In this document: positions 1 to 9,117 of the stretch, in pieces
Layout: the number at the start of each line of letters is the position of its first letter
How positions within the stretch are numbered: position 1 is the stretch's first letter
Source: an uncultured Candidatus Saccharibacteria bacterium
GTDB taxonomy: Bacteria; Patescibacteriota; WWE3; 2-01-FULL-39-13
NCBI GenBank assembly: GCA_965230915.1
Contig: OZ246395.1
Location: 536,935-600,934, forward strand
Length of the DNA: 64,000 bases
Direction of reading: 5' to 3'
Translations under genes and position numbers: made by a program
The notes under the pieces: generated by a model
What the model was told of the DNA's origin: nothing
The model's input: the letters and a program-made list of their open reading frames with translations, nothing else
The model's database searches: none

Positions 1-339
1 AAGCGGCGTGGATAGTTCGCCATAAATACCTTTCTGAAAATTCATTACGTCCCTTACGCCGATAGAAACTTTCAGATCATGTGGAAGTGCCTTTATTGCG
101 TCATCACGCATATGATCAGGATATGATTTTAGATCACAAATGTCGGATATCTCTGACTTTGCTGCATAATTCGTATGCGTCATAAGAAAAATCGGGTTAT
201 CCCCATTTTTCATGTAGCACCAAATTGTGCAAATATTGTCAGTGACATCGAAAGTTGCCATAACTGAAGTTCCGTCAGTTAGCTTAAACTGCGAACTTGG
301 CTTAAGCTTGCCAGTCATATCAACTGTTACTCTGGACAT
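1..339 (-). CDS. hypothetical protein, partial (C-terminus beyond window edge)
   Basis: Open minus-strand frame from the window edge to an ATG at 339..337, preceded by GGGAGG 5 nt upstream. Not in the ORF track because no stop lies within the window. No recognisable motif. Confidence 0.45.
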   Translation of the reverse strand, partial: MSRVTVDMTGKLKPSSQFKLTDGTSVMATFDVTDNICTIWCYMKNGDNPIFLMTHTNYAAKSEISDICDLKSYPDHMRDDAIKALPHDLKVSIGVRDVMNFQKGIYGELSTPL

Positions 340-431
340 ATTGCCTCCCAGTTGTGAAATGTACCAATCATACTTCGAGTTGAAATATTGTAGTTATTAT
401 AGAGTAAAAATTTGGAATTCAATAAGGATAA

Positions 432-701
432 TTATTTATAAAGCGCCCTTCTCCAAACCGAAAAAATCATAGTCTTGTCGGTTCCTTCATAGTTTCTTTT
501 AGCCATAACGCCAACTTCCTGTCGTTCACTAACCTTCATAGAATACATTTTCGAGCCGGGAATAAAACCTTCCTCTGATCTTTTGTAGTCTTTTAGAACT
601 TTTTTTGCCAAATCCATGCTTACTTTATGCTCGCGCATTTTTTTAAAAGCATTATCAGTAAAAATGTATTTATCTCCCCAGAATTTTTTAATTCCGAACA
701 T
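432..701 (-). CDS. hypothetical small basic protein (89 aa)
   Basis: Track ORF, co-directional with its neighbours, with no alternative frame. No recognisable family. Confidence 0.4.
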   Translation of the reverse strand: MFGIKKFWGDKYIFTDNAFKKMREHKVSMDLAKKVLKDYKRSEEGFIPGSKMYSMKVSERQEVGVMAKRNYEGTDKTMIFSVWRRALYK

Positions 702-716
702 GAGTGTATTTTAGCA

Positions 717-2027
717 CTAAGCTTTTTCTTGAAGATATCTTTCAGTCAGCATTTTTGAGTATTTAGAATGCATCGCATATAGGGTAATAGCCAAACCTAT
801 AATTCCTGTTAAGGTGAACACAATTGCCATTCCACGATTTGCACCAACTCCATACCAATCTCCTATTAGTTCAGCTCCTAGTCCTCCTTCGCTCATAAAT
901 GGAATAAATATAAATTGTGTAATTGGTCCAATTAAAAATGCTGTTAGTGGAGATGCCATTTGTTCAACACTTTGCGAAAATCCAAATACCCTACCCTGTC
1001 TATCAGACGGAACTACTTTTTGAATAATAGTTTGTTCAGCAGCTTCAATATAAGGTACAACCGCCATATAAATAAACATGCCGATACCTAAAAGCCAGAT
1101 CCATGGCTGAACTGTAAAGAAAATACTAATTACCCAAATAACAACATTTGCTAAAAACAAAGCCCGTAAGGGATCTTTCCCAAGTCCCCATTTTGAAATT
1201 ATGAAACCTCCTAACATGAATGATGTACTTAAAATCGCGAATAATAATCCCCATGTTTGAACCGAAACTAAAGATAAACCGTAGGCGTCCATAAGCGACA
1301 TAAAAACTCCGCCTAAAAAGTTGTTAATTGTCGCAAACAGAATCAGCGCAAATAAACCAGGTACCGCATTGATAATTTTAAAAGTTCCCTTTATATCAAG
1401 TTTACCCATATTTGCGGCTTCACCTTCGAGATGTACAATTTTATTTTCAGGAATATTTATAAAATACATATGAACAACAGAAATAAGGCTAGCTATAACG
1501 CCGATAATTAGAACGTGAAACATTCCTGAATGGGCCACTAAAAAAGAGCTAATTACAGAGACCCCCATAAAAGCTATTCCATTTACCATTCCTAGCATAC
1601 CGTTGGCTTTGTCTCTGGTATCTGCAGGGACTAAAATTGTAACTATTGTTGGAATCGCGATTCCGCGTAAATTGCCCGAAATAACTCCAAATAGAAGTAC
1701 GACAATAAAAATCCATAAAATTGGCTTGTTAATATCGGTAAATCCGTTTGCTCCTACTATTTGATAAATTATGAAACCAACTAAAAATAGTAAGCCTGAT
1801 ATTAAGCTCGAAGCCATCATTACGTCTTTTTTTCTATTGTGATCGACTATGCTACCAAACCAAAATCCTGATAAAGCAGTTGCTAAAAGGTAGATTCCAG
1901 AAGCAATAGAAGTAACCAAAACTGAGCCTGTCTGCAAATATCCAAAAAAGATAATCGCAAACCACACGGTCATATTCGTAATACCACCGATCACTGTATT
2001 CACTAAAAGGTTATAGAAAGTTTTCAT
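717..2027 (-). CDS. MFS-type membrane transporter
   Basis: 436 aa with about 12 hydrophobic spans in a two-halves layout typical of the major facilitator superfamily. Confidence 0.7.
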   Translation of the reverse strand: MKTFYNLLVNTVIGGITNMTVWFAIIFFGYLQTGSVLVTSIASGIYLLATALSGFWFGSIVDHNRKKDVMMASSLISGLLFLVGFIIYQIVGANGFTDINKPILWIFIVVLLFGVISGNLRGIAIPTIVTILVPADTRDKANGMLGMVNGIAFMGVSVISSFLVAHSGMFHVLIIGVIASLISVVHMYFINIPENKIVHLEGEAANMGKLDIKGTFKIINAVPGLFALILFATINNFLGGVFMSLMDAYGLSLVSVQTWGLLFAILSTSFMLGGFIISKWGLGKDPLRALFLANVVIWVISIFFTVQPWIWLLGIGMFIYMAVVPYIEAAEQTIIQKVVPSDRQGRVFGFSQSVEQMASPLTAFLIGPITQFIFIPFMSEGGLGAELIGDWYGVGANRGMAIVFTLTGIIGLAITLYAMHSKYSKMLTERYLQEKA

Positions 2028-2097
2028 ACTATTTACATTTGGGAAATTAAAAACGATGCTGTAATTTTACCAAAAATATTGGATTAAATTAATTGAA

Positions 2098-2517
2098 TTA
2101 TTCTGTAGCTTTATTATCAGCGCTATATTGAAGCGACCAGCGGAACCCATATTGATCTGTAAAAGCTCCAAACCAGCCAAAAAACATTTTCTCTAGAGGC
2201 ATAATAATATTCCCACCACTAGAAAGCTTTTCGAAACGCATTTTAAGTTCATCTTCACTCGTACAAACGAGTGTAATATCAAGACGATTTCCCATTATCG
2301 GGTTTTCATCCGCCATATCTGAACCCATCAACATTATATTTCCACTATTTAAAATCGAATGCATAATATTGTCTTTATTTTGCACCGGGACATTTGATTC
2401 CATAGGGGTTCCTCTAAAGGTCATGAAATTAACTTCTCCACCTAAGCAACTTTGATAAAAAGTCATTGCTTCACGACAATTTCCGGTAAATTTTAAATAA
2501 GGAATTAGGTCAGCCAT
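2098..2517 (-). CDS. VOC/glyoxalase-like (PhnB/YjdN-like) small protein
   Basis: 139 aa. The N-terminal segment (IPYLKF...AMTFYQ..LGGEV) and the C-terminal GWFG..DQYGFRW resemble the PhnB-like VOC fold. Assigned from memory of the family. Confidence 0.5.
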   Translation of the reverse strand: MADLIPYLKFTGNCREAMTFYQSCLGGEVNFMTFRGTPMESNVPVQNKDNIMHSILNSGNIMLMGSDMADENPIMGNRLDITLVCTSEDELKMRFEKLSSGGNIIMPLEKMFFGWFGAFTDQYGFRWSLQYSADNKATE

Positions 2518-2592
2518 ACTAGAATTATGTACTGCTGGTAATAAAAAGTAAACAAAAAAGGCCGGTCTTGCGATCGGCCTTTTGTAAGTTAA

Positions 2593-2847
2593 TTACGAAA
2601 GGTGTGCTGAAACAAGTTTTGTCATTTCAAACATTGAAACCTGATCTTTTCCACCAAAAATTGGCTTTAATTTGTCATCAGCATTTATATTTCTTTTATT
2701 TGCTGAATCCTGTAAGTCATTTTTCTTTATGTATTCCCACAATTTCTTAGTAACTTCGGTTCTAGGCATTGGGCCTTTTCCAACTACTTCTTCTAGCTCT
2801 GCGCTAAGATTCATTGGTTTTGCGAGTCCTTTTGGAGTTTCTGCCAT
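2593..2847 (-). CDS. SWIB/MDM2 domain protein
   Basis: 84 aa. LSAELEEVVGKGPMPRTEVTKKLWEYIKKNDLQD matches the bacterial SWIB domain signature. Confidence 0.7.
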   Translation of the reverse strand: MAETPKGLAKPMNLSAELEEVVGKGPMPRTEVTKKLWEYIKKNDLQDSANKRNINADDKLKPIFGGKDQVSMFEMTKLVSAHLS

Positions 2848-3012
2848 TAAATAATCACCACCTAGAATTTAATTTAAATAAATATCTATGTGAATAATTT
2901 ACTTTGCCTAGGGAATATAAGCAATAGGCTGGGTAAAGGATGCTTTCAGCTATTGAGATTTACAACCAGATGGTAGTTGTTATAAATACTTATAATTCTT
3001 ATAATATCTTCG

Positions 3013-4134
3013 ATGGATCAACTCACAGACCTTAATAAAGTTACAGAAGAAATTATCGGAGCCGAAGAGCTTCAATCGTTTTTAGACCGCAAAGAAACAC
3101 TTAACCACTACATAGGATTTGAAATTTCAGGACTTGTCCACTTAGGGACTGGTTTGGCTTCTGGGCTTGTTGTACGCGAACTTCAAAAACTCGGAGTTAA
3201 TACTTGTTACTTTTTAGCAGATTGGCACACATGGATAAATAACAAATTAGGCGGAGATCACGAATTTATTAAAAAGGTTGGAGAATTATACTTTGGCCCG
3301 GCATTAAAAATTTCGGCACAAATCGCAGGAGCACGACCAGATTTAATTGAAATAAAAAACGGTTCTGATTTATACCACAATAACGACCGATACTGGCAAG
3401 AAATTGTCGATATTGGAAAGAATTTAACACTTTCTAGAATGGTCAAATCAACAACTATAATGGGTCGTAGTGAATCAGAAAGCATGCCTTTTGCTTACTT
3501 AATTTACCCTGCAATGCAGGTTGCGGATATTTACGAAATGAATCGCAACGTTGCCCATGCCGGAACTGACCAGAGAAAAATCCATGTTATCGCTCGTGAA
3601 GTTGCTGATAAATTAAAAGTGAATCCATTAAAAGATTCGGCTGGAAATATAATTAAGCCAATAGCAATTCACCATCACCTACTTTTAGGATTACAAAAAC
3701 CTGCAACATGGCCATTACCTGAAGGTGAAGAAAAAACTGCAATGCGTGCCCAAATGAAGATGAGCAAATCTATAAAAGGTTCGGCAATTTTTATTCATGA
3801 CACTCCAGAAGAAATTAGCGAAAAAATTAAGGGAGCTTTTTGCCCAGAAAAAGAGACTGAATACAATCCTGTTTTAGACTGGTGCGAACATATGATTTTC
3901 CCAATTAAAGGTCGAATGGAAATTAAACGCGATGAAAAATTTGGCGGAAATATTTTGGCAAATTCTTACGAAGAACTAAAAGACCATTTTGCATCTGGCA
4001 ATTTGCACCCGGTAGATTTAAAAAATAATGTTGCTGAAATTTTGATCGAAATGCTAGAACCAGCTCGAAAGATGTTTGATTCTGATGACGCAAGAGATTT
4101 GATTAAAGAGATTAGAGAAAGACAATCTAGATAG
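3013..4134 (+). CDS. tyrS: tyrosyl-tRNA synthetase, archaeal/eukaryotic type (class Ic)
   Basis: Class I HIGH-like segment GFEISGLVHLGTG and a KMSKS motif. The block YPAMQVADIYEMNRNVAHAGTDQRKIHVIARE aligns with the M. jannaschii TyrRS segment [32 protein letters not shown]. TrpRS cannot be fully excluded. Confidence 0.75.
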   Translation: MDQLTDLNKVTEEIIGAEELQSFLDRKETLNHYIGFEISGLVHLGTGLASGLVVRELQKLGVNTCYFLADWHTWINNKLGGDHEFIKKVGELYFGPALKISAQIAGARPDLIEIKNGSDLYHNNDRYWQEIVDIGKNLTLSRMVKSTTIMGRSESESMPFAYLIYPAMQVADIYEMNRNVAHAGTDQRKIHVIAREVADKLKVNPLKDSAGNIIKPIAIHHHLLLGLQKPATWPLPEGEEKTAMRAQMKMSKSIKGSAIFIHDTPEEISEKIKGAFCPEKETEYNPVLDWCEHMIFPIKGRMEIKRDEKFGGNILANSYEELKDHFASGNLHPVDLKNNVAEILIEMLEPARKMFDSDDARDLIKEIRERQSR

Positions 4135-4609
4135 AATCAGCTTTATTTAATTCTTCTTCATATCTTAAAATTTCCTCCATTGTTGGAACATTATATCTGG
4201 CTCTCAACTCATCTGTAGTTTCGGGATCAACAGGATACAAATACCAACTATCACTATCCTTATCTTTTCTATATTGTGTCCCATATTTTTGGTACGGCTG
4301 ACTAGTATTAGTTAAGTATCTGTCTGTTGCAGCCGCATATAACCATAGCCCACGCTTTTCACCTAACTCAGCAGCCTTTTCAGCAAGATCCTTAGCCTTT
4401 AGAAAGTCGTCAGGGCTATTGCCATGCTGAAAAATCATTGCAGCGTGATAATAATCTTCTCCGGTCAATAATTGTTTCCGCGTAATTAGTTTTTCGACTT
4501 TAATTCTCCGATCCATATCTCTGTCAGAAGTACCCTTTTTAAAATCTTTACCATTGGGATTTCTATCATTTTGGTCTTCATCATAAATTGCTTTTAACTG
4601 CTTGTTCAT
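4127..4609 (-). CDS. hypothetical protein (160 aa)
   Basis: Track ORF, convergent with tyrS with an 8-nt overlap. Charged and hydrophilic, no recognised motif. Confidence 0.5.
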   Translation of the reverse strand: MNKQLKAIYDEDQNDRNPNGKDFKKGTSDRDMDRRIKVEKLITRKQLLTGEDYYHAAMIFQHGNSPDDFLKAKDLAEKAAELGEKRGLWLYAAATDRYLTNTSQPYQKYGTQYRKDKDSDSWYLYPVDPETTDELRARYNVPTMEEILRYEEELNKADSI

Positions 4610-4639
4610 AGAATGATTTTAGCATTGTAAGATCGGCTT

Positions 4640-5395
4640 ATGGTGAAACTCAAATTTGAAATCGACGATAATATCTTAATTCCATATATAATTGCCCGGG
4701 CTCATAAAGATGGAATAATCGGATATGCCAGAGAAAAATACACAAAAGATTTTGTTACCTTTCACAATAAAGCATATAAAAAATCAGAAAAACTCTATGA
4801 AACACTTAGAGGAAGAATCTTCAATGCTCTTTCCTATTCTGAAATTTCAGATTATAAAGAACTAGGTAAAAAATTAGATGCGTTCATCATAGATGTATCA
4901 CAATTGGATGAGTATAGAAAATTAAAAACCCAAACCATACAAAGTTCCGAACCGATTAAAAAAGAATGGGATAAAAATTATGAGAAAACCTATGAGTATC
5001 TCCTTAATATCGGAATAAAAATATCTGGAGAATTTACGATCATCTTAGTTCATCCTGCTCTTCCAGCTGGCCACTATTATGGCAATAATAGAATTTGCTG
5101 GTCTAATCAAACCTATTGGCCAAACTACAATACAGTTTATATTTGGCACGAAATTTTACATTCTTTTTTTGAAAGCGGAAAGCACACGCATGCTTTAGTC
5201 GAGTTAATAACCGATGATCATATGAGGTCAATTTTAAACGGAGATAAATACCCCCCATTTTTTGGTCACGATTTTTTGAAAGATTTTAAAGAGAATGCGT
5301 TGCCAATCTGGCAAAAATATCTATATTCAAAAGATAAAAATATAAAAAATCTTGTTAAAGAATTTAAAGTAGCTTACGCGAACTTTAGTCAATAA
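4640..5395 (+). CDS. hypothetical protein with HExxH motif (possible zinc hydrolase)
   Basis: 251 aa. A single HEILH (HExxH) within YIWHEILHSFFESGKHTH. No other family evidence. Confidence 0.45.
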   Translation: MVKLKFEIDDNILIPYIIARAHKDGIIGYAREKYTKDFVTFHNKAYKKSEKLYETLRGRIFNALSYSEISDYKELGKKLDAFIIDVSQLDEYRKLKTQTIQSSEPIKKEWDKNYEKTYEYLLNIGIKISGEFTIILVHPALPAGHYYGNNRICWSNQTYWPNYNTVYIWHEILHSFFESGKHTHALVELITDDHMRSILNGDKYPPFFGHDFLKDFKENALPIWQKYLYSKDKNIKNLVKEFKVAYANFSQ

Positions 5396-6608
5396 AGCTT
5401 AGCGCTACACCCTTTTTATTAGCTCTACCTGTTCTTCCAATTCTGTGTACGTAGTCTTCGTAGCTTTCTGGTAAATCATAGTTAATAACATGAGAAATAT
5501 CAGAAACATCGATTCCACGTGAAGCAACATCTGTTGCTAATAAAACCTTAACCTGGCTTCGTTTAAATAAGTCTAGAGCACGTTTTCTTTGTGATTGGCG
5601 TTTGTCACCATGAATGGCTGCAACTTTAAATCCACGATCTAATAGTTCGCCTTCAAGTTTTTCGACTCCGTTTTTTGTTTTTCCGAAAACTAAAACTTTT
5701 ATAAATTCTTCTTTAATTAAAAGGTCGTGTAATACTTCAACTTTTGATCGACCCGCAATACGAATAATATCTTGGTCGACATTTTTTGCGGTATCACCTG
5801 TTTTTACAGAAATTGTAACCGGGTCGACCATTAACGAGTTCATAACAGAAGTTACTTCAGGAGACATAGTTGCTGTAAAGAACAAAGATTGTCTTTGTTG
5901 AGCTAAATTAGAAATCAAATATTTGATATCTATAATAAATCCCATATCAAGCATTCTGTCGACTTCGTCTAAAACGATAGTTCCGAATTTATATAAATCT
6001 AAATTTTTTCTTTCGTGTAAATCCTTAAGACGACCAGGTGTTCCAATAACTAGGTTTGGCTGTCTTCTAAGTCTTTGAATTTGGCCGTAGATATTAGCTC
6101 CGCCGATACAAAGCGTTGAATAAATTCCCATACCAACTGAAAACTTTTTGAATTCAGTATCGATTTGTTCTGCTAATTCTCTTGTTGGAGCAATTATCAA
6201 AACTCTATGGTCTTTATTTAAGAAACATTTGTTAATTATCGGAATTAAAAATGCAGCAGTTTTTCCTGTACCAGTATTTGCGATACCAACAACATCGCGT
6301 CCCATTAAAGTATGTGGAATTGACTGATCTTGAATCGGAGTTGGCTTGTCGTACCCCATGTTACGAATATTTGCTTTTAATTTATCGTGAATTGCAAAAT
6401 CGCTAAATATATTAGCGTTTTCATATGGAGCTACTTCGACTATTTCAGCCTTTCTAACAAGTAAGTTTAAATCAAATCTAAAAGATGATTTGAACCGGTT
6501 TCCGCCTCTTCGACCCCCACGGCGAAATCCTCCACCATGACCATTAGATCTGCGACCACCACCATATCCACCTCTTCGATTATTTGAACTTTTGTTATTT
6601 TTGTACAT
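5385..6608 (-). CDS. DEAD-box ATP-dependent RNA helicase with N-terminal RGG/Gly-Arg-rich tail
   Basis: Q-motif (PTPIQ), Walker A TGTGKT, DEVD, SAT-like FTATM and HRIGRTGR. N-terminal tail is NRRGGYGGGRRSNGHGGGFRRGGRRGG. Confidence 0.9.
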   Translation of the reverse strand: MYKNNKSSNNRRGGYGGGRRSNGHGGGFRRGGRRGGNRFKSSFRFDLNLLVRKAEIVEVAPYENANIFSDFAIHDKLKANIRNMGYDKPTPIQDQSIPHTLMGRDVVGIANTGTGKTAAFLIPIINKCFLNKDHRVLIIAPTRELAEQIDTEFKKFSVGMGIYSTLCIGGANIYGQIQRLRRQPNLVIGTPGRLKDLHERKNLDLYKFGTIVLDEVDRMLDMGFIIDIKYLISNLAQQRQSLFFTATMSPEVTSVMNSLMVDPVTISVKTGDTAKNVDQDIIRIAGRSKVEVLHDLLIKEEFIKVLVFGKTKNGVEKLEGELLDRGFKVAAIHGDKRQSQRKRALDLFKRSQVKVLLATDVASRGIDVSDISHVINYDLPESYEDYVHRIGRTGRANKKGVALSFID

Positions 6609-6940
6609 TTATTTGAGCTTTAGCTATCAAAACAATAGAACTGCTTAGGAGGCACAACGTTAATGCCTCAGGACTATCCTTAATTAAAAAGAAATATATT
6701 AAATGAAGAAAAAGATACGTAAAAAAGTAAGCAGTGAAACTGCTGTCCCGTTAACCGGGAGTAATATTGATAGGAGTATCTCTATCTATGCGATTTAATG
6801 TCTTAAATAAGCAGATCTATTGCCTAGATCTACTAAAGCTTGTGTAATACTACAGGATAACTATAGACATGTCAAGGACGCTTTATACGTAAAAATTGTC
6901 ATATTGACTCTTTCAAAATACACCTACATACTTAATATAT

Positions 6941-7117
6941 ATGAAAAGTAACGACCGCATAAACCAGGTTACCCCTGTTTCACGTGTTTTAGCTGCAGTC
7001 ATATTCGTTATCCTCCCTTTCATAGGCTTCTGGATTGGTTTTACATACCAAAACGAATTAAATGATATGTACAAAGCTTGCACAGAAATGAGAATGGAAA
7101 CCACACAAGGTAATTAA
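6941..7117 (+). CDS. possible small membrane protein (58 aa)
   Basis: ATG..TAA frame in an otherwise ~570-bp non-coding gap, with one hydrophobic helix (VLAAVIFVILPFIGFWIGF). Below the 60-aa track cutoff and competes with a 63-aa antisense ORF. Speculative. Confidence 0.25.
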   Translation: MKSNDRINQVTPVSRVLAAVIFVILPFIGFWIGFTYQNELNDMYKACTEMRMETTQGN

Positions 7118-7175
7118 TTCCGACTATTGATAATTTTTATTAGCCAAAGCTAATATCTTTTAGTATAGTTGCTTA

Positions 7176-8246
7176 ATGAGATTTGGGATCCTAATTTCCA
7201 GCCTTATACTTGTACTAGTATTCATCTGCCTCTATTTATGGTGGAACTATAGAAATTCGTCGTCAAGTCTACCGTCTTCACAGGAAATTTCTGAGAATAT
7301 TCATGAATCATTAAATATTAATGAAAGTATGGCCGAACCAGCCGCACTTGATATCGAATATATGCGTAGTCAGAACTACCCAGGAAGCGATTTAGTCGTT
7401 GAAGAAACGCTATCTCCCGGTTCAAATTACACGAGGCAAGTTGTTTCTTACCAATCTGACGGATTAAAAATTTACGCTCTTTTGACCATTCCAAACGGCG
7501 AAAAACCGGAAACAGGTTGGCCGGTAATCGTTTTCAACCATGGGTATATTCCTCCAGCCCAATATAGAACAACAGAAAGATATATTGCTTACACAGATGC
7601 ATTCTCACGCAATGGTTATATTCTAATAAGACCTGATTACCGAGGACACGGAAGTTCTGAGGGTTCTCCTGAAGGCGCTTATTATTCTCCGGCATACACA
7701 CGTGATGTTTTAAATGCCTTAGCATCGGTTAAAAAGCATCCTGATGCCGATGTTAATAGAATTGGTATGTGGGGGCATTCAATGGGAGGAAGTATTACTT
7801 TGAGATCTATGGTTATTTCAAAAGACATTAAGGCTGGAGTAATTTGGGCTGGAGTTGTAGCCTCGTATGAAGACATGGCTAATAATTGGAATCGAACCCG
7901 ACCATTTACTCCTTCTCCTCTAGAACAACAAACAAGAAGACCCACGCGACAAGAGTTAATAGATAAATATGGAGACTTTTCTGCAAACCCTGAATTTTGG
8001 CAATCAATTTCGCCAATTTATCATGTTAAGGAAGTATCTGGTCCAATACAAATTCATCACGGAACCGCAGATGCAGAAGTTCCAGTGCTATTTAGCGAAA
8101 GGCTAGATGAAGCTATGAAAGCTGCAGGCAAAACCGATGAGCTATATGTATATGAAGGAGACGATCATAATTTATCGCGCAATTTGAGCACAGCACTAAA
8201 GAGATCTGTCGAATTTTTTGATAAATACGTAAAAAACTCCCAATAA
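7176..8246 (+). CDS. alpha/beta-hydrolase, S9 peptidase/dienelactone-hydrolase-like, membrane-anchored
   Basis: N-terminal TM helix, nucleophile elbow GHSMGG (GxSxG), and downstream D and H (HHGTADAEV) consistent with a Ser-Asp-His triad. Confidence 0.75.
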   Translation: MRFGILISSLILVLVFICLYLWWNYRNSSSSLPSSQEISENIHESLNINESMAEPAALDIEYMRSQNYPGSDLVVEETLSPGSNYTRQVVSYQSDGLKIYALLTIPNGEKPETGWPVIVFNHGYIPPAQYRTTERYIAYTDAFSRNGYILIRPDYRGHGSSEGSPEGAYYSPAYTRDVLNALASVKKHPDADVNRIGMWGHSMGGSITLRSMVISKDIKAGVIWAGVVASYEDMANNWNRTRPFTPSPLEQQTRRPTRQELIDKYGDFSANPEFWQSISPIYHVKEVSGPIQIHHGTADAEVPVLFSERLDEAMKAAGKTDELYVYEGDDHNLSRNLSTALKRSVEFFDKYVKNSQ

Positions 8247-8324
8247 TTTGACAGATTAATACAAAACCTATAATTTTACACCAGAGACCGTTTGTGAAGT
8301 TCATTCAATAATAAAGAGGATCAT

Positions 8325-8648
8325 ATGGAATGCTGCTGTTTATCAGTTGCACTCGTGGTATTAGCCCTATTTCCTAAGTTTCAAGGGCTACTAAGATGTC
8401 TGTTCCCCAGAATAAATGGTTGCGGAACCTGTCTTATACTCATGGCGTTTGTTCTGATAGGAATGGTAACCTTCACTTGGATTACAGGCGCTGGCTCTTA
8501 TGCAACGAGCGGAATTGCCAATCTGAGAAATTTCACAATTGGAGATTTCTCAGCTCCGGATGTTGCCCCTGGACTGTTTTTAGTGGGGATCTTTAAGTGG
8601 CTGGTTGATTTTTTGATGCAATTTATCAACGGGACACCGATGTCGTGA
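8325..8648 (+). CDS. hypothetical small hydrophobic protein
   Basis: Track ORF in a locally GC-richer patch, Cys-rich N-terminus and TM segments. Followed by a GAGCCGC palindromic element. Confidence 0.3.
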   Translation: MECCCLSVALVVLALFPKFQGLLRCLFPRINGCGTCLILMAFVLIGMVTFTWITGAGSYATSGIANLRNFTIGDFSAPDVAPGLFLVGIFKWLVDFLMQFINGTPMS

Positions 8649-8660
8649 ATATGGTCCTTT

Positions 8661-8697
8661 GAGCCGCCTTCAATTATAACTATATAAAAGGCGGCTC
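8661..8697. repeat. GAGCCGC-type palindromic element, copy 1 (10-bp stem, 17-nt loop)
   Basis: gagccgcctt (8661-8670) pairs with aaggcggctc (8688-8697). No U-run follows, so it is not a classical intrinsic terminator. Confidence 0.5.
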
Positions 8698-8789
8698 CTG
8701 ATCCCCCCCTGCAATATAGACCTATAGACATTTTTGTGATAACTTATAGGCAAGAAAAAGGCTGATAACTACAAAGAAAGGAACTAATC

Positions 8790-9050
8790 TTGAACACACT
8801 TCTCTTAAGTTGTGTAGTTACAATAGCTTTTTGCGCGGCATTCCTACTTATTTTAGTAGTGATCGTACGACTCAGCAGGTTCGAATTCGTTCGAGGATTC
8901 TTCTTCGGAGGACTTCTCGGGGTGTTTGGTAATATTTTCTTTTTCTGGCTGGCAAGTTTTATATGGCCGGAATGGCAAATTTACTATTTTATTAAAGGCA
9001 TTTGGTCAATCGCCTTAGCTTTTTTGTTCGGCGGTACCGGCCTTAACTGA
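8790..9050 (+). CDS. hypothetical small membrane protein (TTG start)
   Basis: 86 aa, about 3 TM helices, AAGGAA 8 nt upstream of the TTG. Followed by the second GAGCCGC palindromic element. Confidence 0.35.
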   Translation: MNTLLLSCVVTIAFCAAFLLILVVIVRLSRFEFVRGFFFGGLLGVFGNIFFFWLASFIWPEWQIYYFIKGIWSIALAFLFGGTGLN

Positions 9051-9094
9051 GAGCCGCTTTGCTTATAAGTAATTCATATAAAGCAAAGCGGCTC
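9051..9094. repeat. GAGCCGC-type palindromic element, copy 2 (12-bp stem, 20-nt loop)
   Basis: gagccgctttgc (9051-9062) pairs with gcaaagcggctc (9083-9094). The stem sequence is related to copy 1. Confidence 0.5.
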
Positions 9095-9117
9095 CAAATT
9101 TCTTATAATTAAACAGA

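Noticed and set aside
814-1023. Small antisense and embedded ORFs from the track (e.g. 814-1023, 3258-3485, 7534-7945, 9357-9758, 12247-12969, 20152-20690, 22373-22816, 38656-39284, 44055-44792, 47013-47318, 48661-49428)
   Set aside because: Each lies wholly inside a longer ORF with clear homology or topology on another frame or strand.
2848-3012. T-box leader upstream of tyrS
   Set aside because: The leader is only ~160 nt and lacks the T-box consensus and a specifier/antiterminator arrangement. Only AT-rich promoter-like sequence is present.
8661-9094. GAGCCGC hairpins as rho-independent terminators
   Set aside because: No U-tract follows either stem on either strand. Reported as palindromic repeats instead.
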